Part shown: piece after piece, positions 1-64,000 of the stretch
Layout: the number at the start of each line of letters is the position of its first letter
How positions within the stretch are numbered: the first letter of the stretch is position 1
Assembly (NCBI RefSeq): GCF_001194135.2
Contig: NC_068990.1
Span: 7,268,687-7,332,686, forward strand
Length of the DNA stretch: 64,000 bases
Origin: Octopus bimaculoides
Taxonomy: Eukaryota
Direction of reading: 5' to 3'
Notes under the pieces: model-generated
The model's database searches: none
Told to the model about the DNA's origin: nothing
What the model saw: only the letters and a program-made list of their open reading frames with translations
Position numbers and translations under genes: made by a program

Positions 1-661
1 AACATGAAATTTCGTGTTAAACTTGGGAAGTCTGCTACAGAGACATTGAGCATGCTTCAACAAGCTTACACTGATGAGGCAATGGGTCATACGCAATGTG
101 CAATGTTTTGAGTGGCACAAGCACTTCAAAAGTGGAAGAAGGTCCCTGGAAGACGATGAGCGATCTGGAAAACCTACCATGAGCATCATCTATGGAAATG
201 TGGTATTGTGTATTGAGAATTTGTTCCCCAGGGCCAGACTGTCAATGGAGAGTTCTACTGTGATGTTTTGAAGCATTTAAGGGAAGACATTTGACAAAAG
301 TGACTGGGTCTGTGGAGCATGAAGAATTGGGTTCTTCTTGACGACAATGCATCATCACTGAGCTCTCCTCACTTGTGCGTTTCTCGTCAAAAACAACTTG
401 GTATCACTTCTGCACCTGTCCTATTCTCCAGATTTAGCACCTGTGCACTTCCATCTCTTCTCTAAGATGAAAATTACAGCTCAAAGATCGCCATTTTAAC
501 ACTGTTGTCAAGATTCAGATTCTAAAAGTGGCAGGAATGCTGGAATAGTGTACTGTTGCGCAAGGTGACTATTTCAAAGGAGATGATGCTAAAACTTAGG
601 TAAATAGGTTATTCTTTTATTAAAGGTAATCAGTCTGGGAACCTTTTGACACTACCTCGTA
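1..661 (+). mobile_element. Degenerate mariner transposon (internally deleted), 3' end
   Basis: Frameshifted transposase: MKFRVKLGKSATET..AY, FEWHKHFKSGRRSLEDDERSGKP, YSPDLAP; ends in TIR-like cttttgacactacctcg+TA. Confidence 0.85.
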
Positions 662-831
662 GGAATACTAGACAATCTCAATGAAATATAATAAATGCTT
701 GAACACTTACAGCAGATTAAATTCGTGTTGTACTATTCTGAACTGAGTCTTGTTGATGTTTGATAATTTATTCATTTCTATTCTCCCATATCAAGTCTAC
801 ATGTGATGCTGGGTCGTTTTGTCTTTGATAG

Positions 832-62219
<61,388 letters not shown>

Positions 62220-63136
62220 GTAAATTAATAACCTCACTCATTAGAGGGGAAACCTAAACTCAATGACTAATGTTAATAAAACCGAGTCAGGGTAAAGGAT
62301 AAACTTGTCAGGATAGCAAGTTCAAAATTTTAATTATCGCAAATTAGAATTAAAATTACAATGAATGTGTGAAACATTAACTCAGGGAGTAATATTAATT
62401 TGATCCTTGGCCTGTATTTGGATTAGAGAAAGGGTAAATCTACTGAATTTCGATTATGAAGGTTAGAAAACTATGATGATTAGAAGGTCAGACAATATTA
62501 TAATGACGTGTATTATTACTATAGTTTCAAATGATATATATTTTTAGTTATTGAGGCAATAAATTCTTGCATAAAAAAACTGCAAAATTCTCTCAGTCAT
62601 ATCAAATATAAGGTGGTGTGTAAAGTTCTGAACACGTAATTTATTTGATTTTCTTATAACTCTATGAAATAATTATACACCCCAGTTTTAGCTAATCAAA
62701 TTATGAATATATATTTTTAAAAAAATAAGATAGACAAGAATCTTTTGTTACTCAATTACAGTATACTAAAGATATCTTACTTGTACTTTATTTGGGACAA
62801 TATTCCATGAGATATTTGGTTGCATGGGATCATCCAGTTGTATGAGACAGAATCTATTATGGTTTCATGGATGTCAGGATATATTCTTTTAAGTTTGATA
62901 TCCAATTGGTTTTGTAGTATATCTGAAGAATTAGGTAATAATTTTTGGTAGAGACAATTTATTATATACAACTTTTCTTTTGGAATAATAAATAAGGAAC
63001 TAAGTCAATGAAGGGATCTCTATGTTGTCACTAGACCAGATGAAAATAGCAGCCAATTTTTCTCAGATCAAATGTTACCATATTAAAAAGAGAAGAAAAG
63101 ATGACAAAATTTATTCTGAATATAGTATATCTAAAA

Positions 63137-63409
63137 CAGTGGTTCCCAAAGAGGGTGGTATTACACCCCGCTAGGGGTAGTGGAAAGTTGCAAGGTGGTG
63201 TTGAAGAAAAGTGGGGCACTAATGGGGTAGTGATTCATGTAAAAATAGGGGTGATAATGGGGTGGCAATTCATATAAAAACAGCAAAATAATGAGGTCAT
63301 TAGGTTAAGTTTTATTTGTGAAATACAGTTGCTTTGAATTTGTGGGGGTGCTAGGAATGTGGCCTGGGTGTCAAGGGGATGGCAGCCTGAAAAAGTTTGT
63401 GAACCACTG
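63137..63409. mobile_element. hAT (Charlie-type) MITE
   Basis: TIR cagtggttcccaaa and (reverse complement) cagtggttcacaaa; 8-bp flanks atctaaaa / gtctaaaa (7/8 match, close to the NTCTAGAN consensus). Confidence 0.85.
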
Positions 63410-63596
63410 GTCTAAAAGATTGAAAAATTGAGGCAAGAACATGTTTGATCATGAGTCTGACTTAGGGTTACTTGGGGGCTACTCAACAAGAGTAACTTCA
63501 ATAGCTGCCCTTATTTGTTGCTTTACAGGCGACATTTCATTTGGTCATTATTTAACTACTTGCAGTTGTGTGTACATACACACATACATGCATGTA

Positions 63597-63666
<70 letters not shown>

Positions 63667-63669
63667 GTG

Positions 63670-63999
63670 TGTGTGTGTGTGTGTGTGTGAATAAAAATAA
63701 ATATAAAAAATGAAAATAAAAATAAATACAAAAATATACAAAAAAAAAGGGTTTTGTATGATCGTGTATAGAGGAATATATTATTTAAAGGAGTTCCAAC
63801 TCTGTCTGTTTTTTATGTTTTATTTATATTCTTATAAGAATATAAATAAAACATAAAAAACAGACAGAGTTGGAACTCCTTTAAATAATATATTCCTCTA
63901 TACACGATCATACAAAACCCTTTTTTTTTGTATATTTTTGTATTTATTTTTATTTTCATTTTTTATATTTATTTTTATTCACACACACACACACACACA
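63670..63999. repeat. Perfect spacer-less palindrome, 165-bp arms, centre between 63834 and 63835
   Basis: Complementarity followed outward from cttataag, including the A9/T9 and TG/CA runs. Confidence 0.92.
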
Positions 64000-64000
64000 T

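Overview
AT-rich, microsatellite-rich animal genomic DNA from a gapped draft assembly. The SINE/RTE repeat content suggests an octopus-like cephalopod; that assignment is my inference. The whole window lies inside one + strand gene, an axonemal outer-arm dynein heavy chain of the gamma type (DNAH5/DNAH8 subfamily). I traced 23 GT-AG exons (832-62219, about 3.7 kb coding, about 1,235 codons) with consistent splice phases, covering AAA3, AAA4, the stalk with its microtubule-binding domain, AAA5 and the buttress. One exon is mostly hidden in a 10-N gap. The introns hold at least four tRNA-derived SINE families (several copies with clear target-site duplications), RTE, CR1/L2-like, Penelope-like and R4/Dong-like retrotransposon relics, mariner (DD34D) and maT-like relics, hAT- and piggyBac-like MITEs, an antisense U6 snRNA pseudogene, an unusual GGAACTTTCCAGGAAGT minisatellite and a perfect 330-bp palindrome. 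I found no convincing new multi-gene system. The best leads are the (TAA)n-targeted Dong-like insertion, the STAT/ETS/kB-motif minisatellite and its displaced fragment, an unidentified antisense coding-like stretch in the 15-kb intron, and inverted young SINE pairs flanking in-frame exon blocks. All family assignments come from motif recognition, not database searches.
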